From Camelus dromedarius (Eukaryota), in contig NC_087437.1 in the NCBI RefSeq assembly GCF_036321535.1, positions 121,770,001 to 121,834,000 of the forward strand: a stretch of DNA of 64,000 bases. Direction: 5' to 3'. The notes under the pieces are model-generated. The model searched no databases. It was not told where the DNA came from and saw only the letters and a program-made list of their open reading frames with translations. A program made the translations under genes and the position numbers. This document shows, in pieces, positions 1-34,700 of the stretch; the first letter of the stretch is position 1; every line of letters begins with the position of its first letter.

Positions 1-332
1 CCTGGCAGGTCCCCAGGGCCCGCGAGAGACTTGCGTGTGTTAGGTCACCACGCAGAACGCTGCTGCATTTCCCGAAGGCGAGTCAGGCTCTCGGACGCTC
101 TGGCTCTCGGGAGACATGTGGCATTCGGGGAGAAGGGCTGTGATGGGAGCAGCCGACTCTGAGGACTCGTCCAGAGGAGGAGTGATTGAGTGTGTGAGGC
201 AGAGGGAGCTGGGGCGCCTGCTCTGGGCCCGGCTGGGACTGAGCACCGGGCCATGGGCAGGGGCAGCCCTGGGAGCAGGGGCGGTGAGCGGAGGCCACCC
301 TGGGGTCTGATGGCCACCTGTGCCTCCCCCAG

Positions 333-23858
<23,526 letters not shown>

Positions 23859-24037
23859 GGCCTCTGTTGGCTCAGCGGACAGGACGGACAGACAGATGGC
23901 CAGAGAGGAGGCCAGGCGGCAGGCCGGGGGCGCGGAGGTGCCCCCTGGCAGGGCAGGGAGCCTCGCCGGCGCCCCCAGGGAAGGGACCTGGCTGGGACAC
24001 TTCCCTGTGTGGTTCACCTTCCATGTAACCCTCAAGA

Positions 24038-24043
24038 AATAAA
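24038..24043 (+). terminator. Proximal polyadenylation signal of COL18A1
   Basis: AATAAA ~180 nt after the stop, followed by a gtgtatttctt GU/U-rich element. Confidence 0.8.
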
Positions 24044-25348
24044 AGGAAGCCAAAGAGTGTATTTCTTAAAAAGTTTAAAACAGCCTGGTGCCAAGACTCT
24101 TCCGTCCCTCCCGGGGCCCTGGCCAGGCTGCTCACGCGGGGGCCTCGGTGCTGGTGGAGCCATGATTGGACCAGGGGCAGACCTGGCCCTCACTCTGCAG
24201 GAGGCCGACTCGAACCTACCACCCAGGGAGGCGTGTACCCAGGGCCTCCCGGGTGCCCAGCAGGGCCCTCGGCCACCCCAGGCATCCTGTCCCGCCCTCC
24301 TCCTCACGCACAAATCTCAGGCCTGTTTGCAGAACAGCCGTGAGGAGGTGCTGGGAGCTGCCCCCCAGCCCCCCTCCTCCCTCTCACCACCAGGCCCAGG
24401 AGCTGTGCAGGAGCAGAGAAGGGGCCCTCCCTCCCTCCCCAGCTGACAAGCGGCAGGACAGCTCAGTCACTGCATGTGAGGGAAGACGGACTCCCTTTTC
24501 TTAGCTTCGTGTAGTTCAGCACCCCACTGCTGACCCCGGGTTCCAACCCCTGCCCCCCCCCCACGCTGCTGGGAGCAGAGCCTGTGTGTCCCCTGGGCAG
24601 CTCTGCCACATGGAGCTGTCTGCGGGCCTCTCTTCCATGCTGGCTTCTCGGGTGACCCCTGTGGCCACACCCAGTGAAGGGCCTGACCCCCACCCTGGCT
24701 GTGCTGGGGGAGTTTGGAGGGTCCGTGAACCAGGGAGTGGCAGTGCCCCACCCTGACCTCACACACAGCTCTCCTCTCCCAGGGCGAGGACCCCCAGCTC
24801 AGCACCCGCCCAGCTTTCCTCAGGAGCACATCCTGGGGCCCAGCTGGGCCAAACGTGGGCACCCCCAAAGCCCTGGGTCCAAACCGCTCTCTGTTGGGCT
24901 TGGCGCCAGCATCTCAGGTTCACCTCTGCAGGACACGGAGCTCAGAAAACCTCATAGACAAAGGGGACAGCCACACGTGCCCCGCCTGGACATGGCTCAC
25001 AGCCCCCGGGCTTCCCCAGCGGAGCCTCAGGATGGGCGAGGCTGCACGGAGGGGTCAAAGCTGGCCCGGGACAGGAAGGGGCCACGTCTGCGGGTGGGCC
25101 CCGTGCAGGCGGGGTGAAGGCTGCTTGTGCCCAGGCCCCTGCTCACGACTGCTGCTCCAGCGTGACAGGAAAATCTTTGTGGTCGTCCTTCTCTTGGGAA
25201 GAATGAAGGGGACATTTTAGGGTGCATGCAGGCAGCTCTGGGGGAGCTGGTGGGGTGGCCAGAGCCCAGACTGTGCTGTCTGAGCACTGTGACTACACTG
25301 GAGGGGCTGGTCATGTTAACTGTGTGTGTGGTTTTCAAACAGGCTCCA

Positions 25349-25354
25349 AATAAA
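25349..25354 (+). terminator. Probable distal polyadenylation signal of COL18A1
   Basis: Second AATAAA with downstream U-rich sequence (tgcttggtttg, ttttcatgt). Confidence 0.6.
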
Positions 25355-25552
25355 AATGACTGTTTACCCTGATGCTTGGTTTGCAAGCAGTTTTCATGTC
25401 ACGAAAACTCGGGGAGCCTCTGTCCCGGATAGCCCAGCCGGGCGACCCTACAGAAGGAGTACAGGTGCACTCGGGTACACACGGGCGTGCACGGGTGTGC
25501 AGGTGCTCGCGGGTACACACAGATACGTGTGGATTTACACGGTGTTCAGGTA

Positions 25553-26585
25553 AACTGCTCTCCTTCAGTATCCGTGGAGGACTGACTCCAGGACTCCCGT
25601 GGATGCCAAAACCCCAGGTGCTCAAGGCCTTATATAAAACGGTGTGGTATTTACATATAACCTACACACAGCCTCCCACATACTTTTTTCCTAATTTTTA
25701 AAATTGAAGTCTAGTTGATTCACAATGTTGTGTTAGTTTCTGATGTGCAGCAAAGGGACTCAGTCACATGCATACTCGTTTTCAGATTCTTTTCCCTTAT
25801 GGTTAATGACAAGGTATTGAATACAGCTCCCTGTGCTGGACAGCAGGACCCGTTTATTCTGTACACAGTAGCTTGTATCTGCCAACTCCCAACTTACCCC
25901 TCCCCCTTTTCCCCTTTGGTAACTGTAGTTTGTTTTCTGTGTCTGTGAGTCTGCTTCTGTCTTGTAAATAAGGTCATTTGTATCACTTTTTTTTGTTGTT
26001 CCACCCATAAGTGATACCATGATATTTGTCTCTCTCTGACTTACTCAGTATGATCATCTCTAGGTCCATGTTGCTGCAGATGGCATTACTTCATTCTTTT
26101 TATGGCTGAGTAGTATTCCATCGTGTACATACACCACGGCTGCTTCATCCAGTCAGCTGTCAGTAGGCATTTAGGCTGTTTCCATGTCTTGGCTGTTGTA
26201 AATAGTGCTGCTATGAGCACTGGGGTGCAGGTGTCTTTTCAAATTTGAGTTCCCTCTGGGTGTACGCCCAGGAGTGGGATTGCTGGATCATAGGGTAAGT
26301 CTATTTTTAGTATTTAATATTTAGTATTTCAGATGGACATTTACGTTGTTTCCATGTCCTCTCATACACTTTAAATCATCTCTAGATTACTTACAATACC
26401 TAATACAATAAAAATGCTATGTAAATGGTTGTAAATACAATGTAAAGGCCAGGTACTTAGTGGCCAGCACATGGCAAATTCAAGTTTTGGTTTTTGAAAC
26501 TTTCTTGAATTTTTAAAAAGTATTTTCAAGCTGTGGTTGGTTGAATCCTCAGCTGTAGAACCCACAGATTACATAGGGACGCTGG
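25553..26585 (+). mobile_element. MER2B-like (TcMar-Tigger) non-autonomous DNA transposon split by an L1 insertion (halves ~25553-25686 and ~26358-26585)
   Basis: Left half cagtatccgtggaggactgactccaggac...gctcaaggccttatataaaa...cctacacacagcctcc and right half actttaaatcatctctagattacttacaatacctaatacaat...ggttggttgaatcc match the recalled MER2/MER2B consensus. Confidence 0.8.
25687..26357 (-). mobile_element. 5'-truncated L1 3' end
   Basis: ttgaagtctagttgattcacaatgttgtgttagtttctg...tttttatggctgagtagtattccat...ggattgctggatcata is typical reverse-strand L1 3' sequence; T-rich tail on the left. Confidence 0.88.
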
Positions 26586-28188
26586 CACACGGATGTGCGA
26601 CGTACAGCGGGGTGTGCTGGCGTACGTGGGTATACACAGAGTCACACGGATGTGAGCAGGTGTACAGCGGCATGAGACAGACATGGGTGTACACACATGT
26701 GCATGGATGTGCCCTACACACACCCTCTTCTCTCTCAGGGTCTCCCCTGGGGGTGGCTAGCAGTCTTCACAGGCTTGTCAGAGCCATGCAGATGGTCTGT
26801 ACCCTGGGCTCCCAGACCCTGCGCCGCATCCGCCCACGGCTGCTGCAGCTCGCTGGGGCCCAGGACGTGTCTGACCCCAAGAGGTCGTGGGCACTGATGC
26901 ACTAGGAGCTCGGAAGCAAGAGAAATGTCGGCTTGGCAGAGGCCGAGCGCAGGGCCCTGGCGGTGGTGGGGAGGTTGCAGAGGGAGCAGGTGGAGCTGGA
27001 GGACCCGGCGCCAACCACCCGCTGCCAGGAGGGTGCTGGTGGTGTGGGGGTGGGGGAGGCTGGGGGAGGGGCACAGAGCAGAGCCCGCCTCCTGCGGTCA
27101 GCAGCCAGAGGCGAGCCCCCCTCCCCATCAAGCCCTGCCAGCTTTCCAGGCATGGAGGGGTGCGGAGCTGGGACCCTGGACTCCGCGTGGCCCCTTCCAG
27201 CAGGGCCTTGGGGTAGCTGTGCAAGCCCACATGCACAAGCCTAGGGAGCACCTGCCCTGCGCAGCCCCCACTGTTGGCCGTGACTTAGGCCTCTTTCCGG
27301 ACCCACAGGGTGTCCGAGATGCCCCCCTCGCGTAAGTTGACCCCAGATGACCCAGGTCCAGCAGCCCCTCCTCCACCAAGGGTCCTGCTCTGAACTCGGC
27401 GCAGCGCCTGTCCTGTGGACCCCAAGGGGGACCCTGCCCTGCACGAGGGCTGAGGTCATGGGACAGGCAGGGCTCAGCTCAGGACAGGGTGTGGGTCCTT
27501 GCTTGTGGCTGGGGGCAGGGCGGGGACCTCTCCTGGCCTCCCGATGGACCACGTGGAGTTAGGAACCCGAATGACGCATCTGGGGACAAGCAGGCTGTGT
27601 TGCATCTCAGGAAGCAGGGCTGGCTCCAGGCCCTGCGGCAGTGCCCATTGGCACCGGCAAGTCCCCTCTGGGCATCTGAGGCAAATCATGTCAACCCACG
27701 TCAGGTGCGATGGAGGGACAGGGGGCCTGAGGGGAAGAGGGGGACCAAGGAGACTGGGCTGCTTTCCACCAATGGGAGACACCACCACCCCCCATGTTGG
27801 CTTCTCCCCGAGAAACACGCCAAACGAGGGTTCTCATATAAGTTTTTTTAAAAAAGGAACAGAGAATCATTTAAACTGCAAGCACCTGGACAACTAGAAA
27901 CACCACAGTTTAGCCATGAGCCCAGGAACAGGGCTCTCCCCCCTGCCTGCGGGGCCCAGGACACCCTGTGGGGGGCTGGGGTCCTCAGGCTGGCTTCTGG
28001 GACCACTTTGCCTGCTCCTGGGGACAAGTGGGATCTGCCTCCCAAGGCGGGGAGGCCTGGTGGGCACGTGAAGCCCCACTACTGGCTGCATGTAGGCAGC
28101 AACAGCAAACTAGCCAGTGGTGGCCAGGCAGCTGGCCAAGTATCCCTGGCCGCGGGTGGGCCATGGCCAGGGTGAGAGCCAGGGCTGA

Positions 28189-28239
28189 GGGGTGCCAGGC
28201 TCGGGGTGCCAGGCTCGGGCTGCCAGGCTCGGGCTGCCA
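28189..28239. repeat. 14-bp tandem repeat, ~3.6 copies (gggStgccaggctc), in the presumed SLC19A1 3' UTR
   Basis: Units start at 28189, 28203, 28217 and 28231 (partial). Confidence 0.9.
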
Positions 28240-28483
28240 CGGGACCAGCCAAGGGCTCCCCACTGAGGTGGGTGGCCCTCGAGGTGGGGGCCATGGGGAC
28301 AGACCACTCGGGGCCCGCCAGTCACTGGCTCCACCATCTCAACACTGGAATTTGGACGATGACAAAAAACCCGGCTGCAGGGATGTGTCGGCTCAGAGGT
28401 CAAGACCCCAAGCTCGGGCTGCCTCTGGCGTCAGGAACCTGGCGGCCCGGGCGGGCCGGGAGAGCAGCTCAGGTGGGTCAGGG

Positions 28484-28753
28484 TCAGGCCTTGGCCTCAG
28501 GCTGCTGGCTCTGCTCTGGGGAGGCCGGCCCCACGGCCTCCACGCCGTCCTCCAGGGCCAGGGGCCAGGCTCCGGGCTGCAGGCTGCCCAGGGCCCCGTC
28601 CTGCACGGCCTTCTCCTGCACGGGGCTCCTCAGTTCCTGGGCTGGCGGCAGGGGCTGGTGGATGCCCCGTCGGAGGTGCTGCAGCCCCACCAGCAGGGCC
28701 GCGAAGAAGTAGGCGACAAAGAGCACCAGGAAGTACATGAAGTAGACGAGGAA
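28484..28753 (-). CDS. SLC19A1: SLC19A1 last coding exon FLVYFMYFLVLF...PEAKA*
   Basis: gtttcag/ acceptor; TM12 plus cytosolic tail; TGA stop at 28486-28484. Confidence 0.94.
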   Translation of the reverse strand, partial: FLVYFMYFLVLFVAYFFAALLVGLQHLRRGIHQPLPPAQELRSPVQEKAVQDGALGSLQPGAWPLALEDGVEAVGPASPEQSQQPEAKA

Positions 28754-31700
28754 CTGAAACAGAGAGGGCAAAGTGAGGGCGGGACACACCAGACCCCACT
28801 CAGCGGCCGCGGGGACACAAGGCTGGGCGCCGGGGGTCATGGGGGCGGGAGCAGGCCCAGCCCGTCCCCTCGCTCAGCGGTCCGCACACCCAGTGCTCTG
28901 CGATCTGCCCCAGGGCACTGTGATCAATTTGTTGACAGCAACGTGTGCTCTGCTCTGGGGCCAAGTCCTCCCGGACACCCGCGCAGGCGGGCACGTCCCG
29001 CACAGTGCAGTCTGGTGGAGGACAGGCAGCCCAGGTCGCCCGGCCAGGGCCCCACGGCCTGCACAGAGCCACGTCCACCCTGACCAGTGAGGCCGCCCAC
29101 CAGCGCTGCTCACAGGAACGTCCCTCCCAGTCCTCAGGCCGCTGGGGGCAGGGGTCCAGGGTGGTCTCCCTTGCCTGTGGGCCAGACTGGATGCGAGTCC
29201 TGCCCACAGCCCCAGACCTCTGCTCCCTGGTGGTCTCCCGGAGCCCCTCTGCACCGGCACGCTTGGCCCCTCTAAGAAAGTTCATTTTCAAAAGAAAAAC
29301 CAGGAAACGAGCCATCGGGGACTTTGCTTCCAGGAGGATGCAGCTGGCGCGTCTTGTCTGTTCCTCCCCCAAATACGCCCGAACCAGGTAAGAGCACAGA
29401 GCACACACGTGAGAAGGTGATGCTGAGAGCGGGCGGGGCAGACCAGCGCGGGCCCGGAAGCCCGGGGCAACAGCACTGTGTTCCCTGGGCTTTTTTCTCT
29501 CTGCTGCGTGTATTTTAAAAGGATCCAAGGAAGCCAGCAAACCAGAAATGCCAGACACAGGAAGAAAAACAACAAAAGCAGCTCTTTCTGGCCAAAGGAC
29601 CAGGAGACGGACCACACCACCCAGCAGGACAGGACACTGAGAGCCGGGAGCCACTCTACTCCAGCCAGACCCCACCTTCACGACCCAGGCTATAATGAAG
29701 CCCCCACCCCTGTCGGGTAGAGGTGGTCACGGCCTGGTGGGGAGACGGAGTGCTCCCCCTGCAGAGACCACTAGGAGAGCTCGGACTTCCACTCCCACCA
29801 GGTGGTGCCCCTCCCCTGGCAGCGTCAGGACTCTCACCTGCCGGCAGCCGCAGTGAGAATGCCCCTCCCCCCAGTGGTGTCACTGGAGGTCACATGGGGG
29901 CTGGACCTCCCATCCCCACCAGCAGGAAGGAGGAGCCCCCACCCACCCCTCAGTGTGAGGAGGGCGGAGCAGGGGACCGGGACGTCCCCACCACTTGGCT
30001 GTATGGAGGTGCATGCCCCCCTCCCCTCCGCCAGGGCAGTGTCAGAAAGAGCCAGGTAAAACAGAGAAATTAACACCTCATAACAGGTTCTCGTGACATA
30101 GGACTCAACATGTTCAGGTTTCAATAAAAAAAGTCATTCAGCATAGTCGGAATCACAAAGACCTCTAAGTGAATGGAATACAATCAGCAGACATCAATTC
30201 CAAGGTGACAGAGACTTTTAAAGTATCTGAGAATGATTTAAAAGTAGCTATATAGAAATGCTTCAAAAAATCATAACAAACGTGCTTGAAACAAATGAAA
30301 AAAAAGTCTCAGAAAATAGGAGAGATAAAGGAGAAGTTAGAACTGAAAAATACAATAACCAAAATGATAACTCAGCAAATGGTCTCAACAGCAGCATGGA
30401 GCTGGAAGACAGAACAATAGAAATCACCAAGTCTGAGCAACAGAGAGAAAGCAGACCAAAAAAAGAAAAGAAAAGAAAAAAAGAGCCTCACTCTCTAGGG
30501 GACTGTATGATACGAGACGTAACACTGTGTCATGGGAGTAAAACAAGAAGAGAGAAAGAGGAGGCGGCTGAAAAAGTACCTAAGGTGGCTGAGAACTTTG
30601 CAAATTTGGCAAAAGACATGCATCTACAGAGTCAAGAACCTGAAGGAACCCCAAACAGGAACCCCCAACAAAGCATACCAACACATACCATTTCAAATTT
30701 TGAAAGCGAAGCACAAAGAAAAAGAAAAAGGAAAAATCTTGAAAGTAGCCGGAAAAAAATGACACCTTGGGGGGAAAAATTAGAATGACAGTGGATTGTT
30801 CATCAGAAACCAGGAAGGTCACAAGGAAATGACACATTTTTCACTGTTAAGAAAAAAAACTGTTAACCCAGAAGCCTATTCCATTGAAAATGTCCTTCAG
30901 GTGTTAAAAATAAATCAGGACATTCTCAGATGAAGAAAAACTAAGAGAGCAATTTGTCACCAGCAGACCTGCCCTAAAAGAATGGCTACAGGAGGTTCTA
31001 AACAGAAAGAAAATAGTAAGGAAGCTTGAAACATCAGGAAGGAGAAAGAACACAGTGAGTAAAACTGCCGGTAAACAGACGCCCACCTCTCCGGTTTCCT
31101 AAATGCGTGATCCTGAAGCAAAGCTTGCAGCCTCGCCTCAGGTGGCTCTGATGGCACGTGGAGAAAGGAAGACACTCGGACTATGCACGGTGGAGGGGAA
31201 GGTGACACAAAGGCGAGGCCTCAATACTGCACTCCGACTGGCCATCTAACACGGAAAGCAACCACCAAGAAAGCTATTCCAAGAGATACACTCAAAACCA
31301 CAACGCAGAAACCAAAACGAAATCCTGAAGAATGTGTGAATAACCTAGAGAAAGACACACACACAGAAACAAAAGTAGAGGCAATAAAGGGAAAACAAAA
31401 AATGAAACGGCAAACATAAGTTCTAATACATTAACAACCACACTAAATATCAGTGGTCTAAATAAACCTTATATAACAGATTAGCAGAGTGGATTAAAAA
31501 ACACGGCGACCGTATGCTGTCTGCAAGAAGCTCATTTCAAATACAATAGTTAGGCTAAAAGTGAAAGGATGGAAGAGGATCCATCATGTAAACATTAATC
31601 AAAGGAGAGCAGACCGGCTATATGAGCATCAGGCAGATTTCACAGAGAAGGAGACACCCGCAGGCAGAGCCCCATGCAGCAAGGCACGCAGCAATGCCGA

Positions 31701-34700
31701 GTGTGCACGCAGCAAACAGAGCTGCGAAAATGCGAAGCAAAACTGTGACGGAGCTGCAAGGAGACACAGACAAGTTCCCGACAACAAATGCAAAAGTCAG
31801 TACCCGCCTCTCAGCAGCAGACCAGATGAAAACCCGCGGGGACAGAGAGCAAACCACCGCGCCCCCAGCAGCAGGGTCCGAGCAGCAGTGCCCAGTCTTC
31901 AAGTGCCCACGGAGCACGTAACAGGACAGAGCACTTCCTGAGCCACGAAGCAAACCCCCGCAAATGAAAAGGACTGAAATCACAGACTGTTCTCTGGTCG
32001 CAAAGCAGAAGTCAGGAACAGCAGGATCACAGGGAGACGTGGAAGCACCTGGAAACCACGCAGCACGCTGCGCAACCACCACAGGCCAAAGAGAAAGTGT
32101 GGAAGGAGGGGAAAACACGCTGAGTGAGCGGAAGTGAAACGCAGCGTATCAAAATCTAGAGGCTGCAGCTCAGCCAGGCTGGGAGGGACGTGAACGGCAA
32201 CGAAACACACGTATCAGACGGGACGGCGTCGCAAGGCATTGGTCTCAGCTAGAAAAAGACGAGCGGAGCAAATCCAAAGCGAGCAGAGGAAAGGAAACAA
32301 CTGAAGTTCGAGCCAGCACAGTCAGGCAAGAAAAACACACGAAGGGCACTCAGAAGAGACCTCCTAGAAGTGACCGGTGTGACCTCAGCAAGATCATGCG
32401 AGAAAAGACACAGGCGCCGAAGCATGTCCGAGGCAAGCAGGCGTCAGAGGCGCTGCGGGCCCAGGTCCAGGCCAAGGCGACAGAGCAGACGCTGCGATGA
32501 AGCAAGGCACACAGACTGGTTTCCCGGGGCACGTGAGAGCTGTGCGCACACTGCTGTATAGTCTACTAAGTGTGCAATACCATTATGTCTAAAAACAATG
32601 CACATATTTTAATAAAAAATATTTAATTGCTAAAAAAAGCTAACCCTCATCTGATGATGCAGCGTTGCCACAAATCTTCAATTTGTAAAAACGCAATGTC
32701 TGCACAACAGTGCAAGAGTGAGGCCTGCCCGCGCTAGAGTGAGCACTTGGACACTGCTGTGAGCTGAACTGTGACCCCCAAATTAGCCTGCTGGAACCCC
32801 AGCCCGCACTGTGCTTGCAAACAGGCAGGTCAAATGAGGTCATAAGGGTGGGGCCTGATCCGGGAGGACTGGTGTCCCTGTGAGAGAGAGACACCAGGAG
32901 TGCCTGTGCGCACAAGGGAAAGGCCACACGAGGGCACAGGGAGGGGACGGCGGCCGGCATGCTGAGGAGGAGGTTCTCAGGAGGGACGAGGCCTGCCCAC
33001 ACCTTGACCTCTGACTTCCAGCCTCCCGACTGTCAGAGAGTAAATGCTGCTGTTTGAGTCGCCCAGGCTGGCATTTTGTCATGGAAGCTCCAGCACATAG
33101 AGCTCAAAATTAAAACCGTGCCATTTACAATTGCTCAAAAAATAACACTCAAGTATAAATCTAACAAAACACGCACAAAAGTACAGTGTTTGCACATGAA
33201 AAACAACAAGATGCTGAAAGAAACCGAGGAGGCTCCGAGCAAGTGGAGAGGCACACCACGGCCACAGGCTGGGGCACTCAGCGCAACACCCTCCCCAAAC
33301 TGACGCAGGCTCAGTGCGGCTCCGAGCAAAACCCCAACAAGGAGGTCTGCAGATGCAGACGAGATGGCTCTAAAACTTATAGGAAAAGGCAAAGAAACAA
33401 TAACAACTAAGATGATTTTGAAAAAGGAATGTAAAAGCTGGAGAACCCGGGCACCCGGTCTCAGGGCTGAGCCCCTGCCCCCAGCAGGGGGGCGGGGGGC
33501 ACAGGGCGGGCCCCCCTGCTCAGCGGAGCGGGGTGGAGGGCAGCCAGGAACAGGCGCGCACAAGCGGTGGGAAAGCACCCGGGCTTTTCAACAGACGGCG
33601 CCGCAGGCACTGGACACCCACCAAGAGCGAAACCGGACGCAGACTTCACACCTTGCGCAAAAGTGAACTTAAAATAGGTCACAGGCTTAAATGTGACACT
33701 ACACGACTTTTGCAGAGAAACTAAGGGAAAGCGTGTGGGACCCGGGGCCAGGCAGAGTCACTGAGTGCGACACCAAAACTGAGATCCCAAAGAGGGAGAA
33801 TGAGTAACTCCGACCTCATCAAATTAAAGCTGCTGCACAGATGACCGTGAAGACGGACCAACTACGGACGGGGGAAACCGTCTGCAAACCACACACCCAA
33901 CAAAGGACTCGCATGCAGAACATATAAACAGTGCACAAAACTCACGAGAGAAAAAAGGACCCAATTGGGAAACGGCAGGGAAGTGAAGAAACACTTCACC
34001 CAAGAGAATGGACTGGGCGGCAGCGGGGGGTGGAGGGAGCGTCAGCGGCCCCAGGGAAGAGCAGCCTAAAACCACAGGAAACGTTGCCCCACAGCTTCCC
34101 AAACTGCTCAACAGAAACCCGACAACGCCCAACACAGACGCAGACGAGAACGCGCACGACGGGGCAGCTGCCGTGCAAAACAGTCTGCAGCATCTGAAAA
34201 CACGGGCAGCCACCGTGGGAGCCCGCGTCTGCATGCCGGGGCGTCTGGCCGCACGAAGACCTAGGCTCTCACAGAAGCCATAAGCAAGCGTGAGGAGCGG
34301 CTCTACCCTCCCAGCCCCGACCCAGAGCTGTTTGCAGGGAGCGGTAAACCAGCCCCTGCAGCACCGAGACGGGGGGGGGGGGGGGGGCACACCGTGCACG
34401 TCGAGGGGAGTGGGCAACAGGCAGCCCCAAATCCACCCACTGCAGGATCCACAGACGCCGCACTCGAGATGAGACCACCATAGAGACGGGGCCCGGAGGA
34501 CGCGGGGTGGGTCAGGTGTGGCCACGGACGGGAGCCTGAGGGGCCCTGTGAGGAGGGACGGCAGTGCTCGCACCAGAGAAGTGCAGGGCGTGACCATGGG
34601 GAGGCTGGGCACGTGTCCCGGTCACACTGCCAGTGAGCCTATCATGATCCAAAAATAAAGCTTAGCCACCCCAGGCCAGCTCTCCACATGCTCCGTCCCA

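Larger units (their letters stand above)
30050..34500 (+). mobile_element. Old L1 (L1M-type) remnant, ORF1 to ORF2, interrupted by Tigger1-derived and MLT1 insertions
   Basis: ORF 30258-30788 resembles L1 ORF1 (NGLNSSME..EDRTIEI..SEQQRE, AENFANLAKD); 31440-31620 resembles the ORF2 endonuclease start (LNISGLN, RLAEWIKK, KGWKRIHHVNINQ); 33100-34500 resembles the ORF2 3' region. Confidence 0.85.

Noticed and set aside
28484..28753. Truncated SLC19A1 C-terminus (517 aa versus recalled 591 aa in human)
   Set aside because: Rodent orthologues are recalled at a similar 510-520 aa, so the shorter tail is probably the common state; TM12 is intact
30258..30788. 176-aa Lys/Glu-rich ORF as a novel or domesticated gene
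   Set aside because: Degraded L1 ORF1 colinear with downstream ORF2 remnants; no promoter or splice evidence
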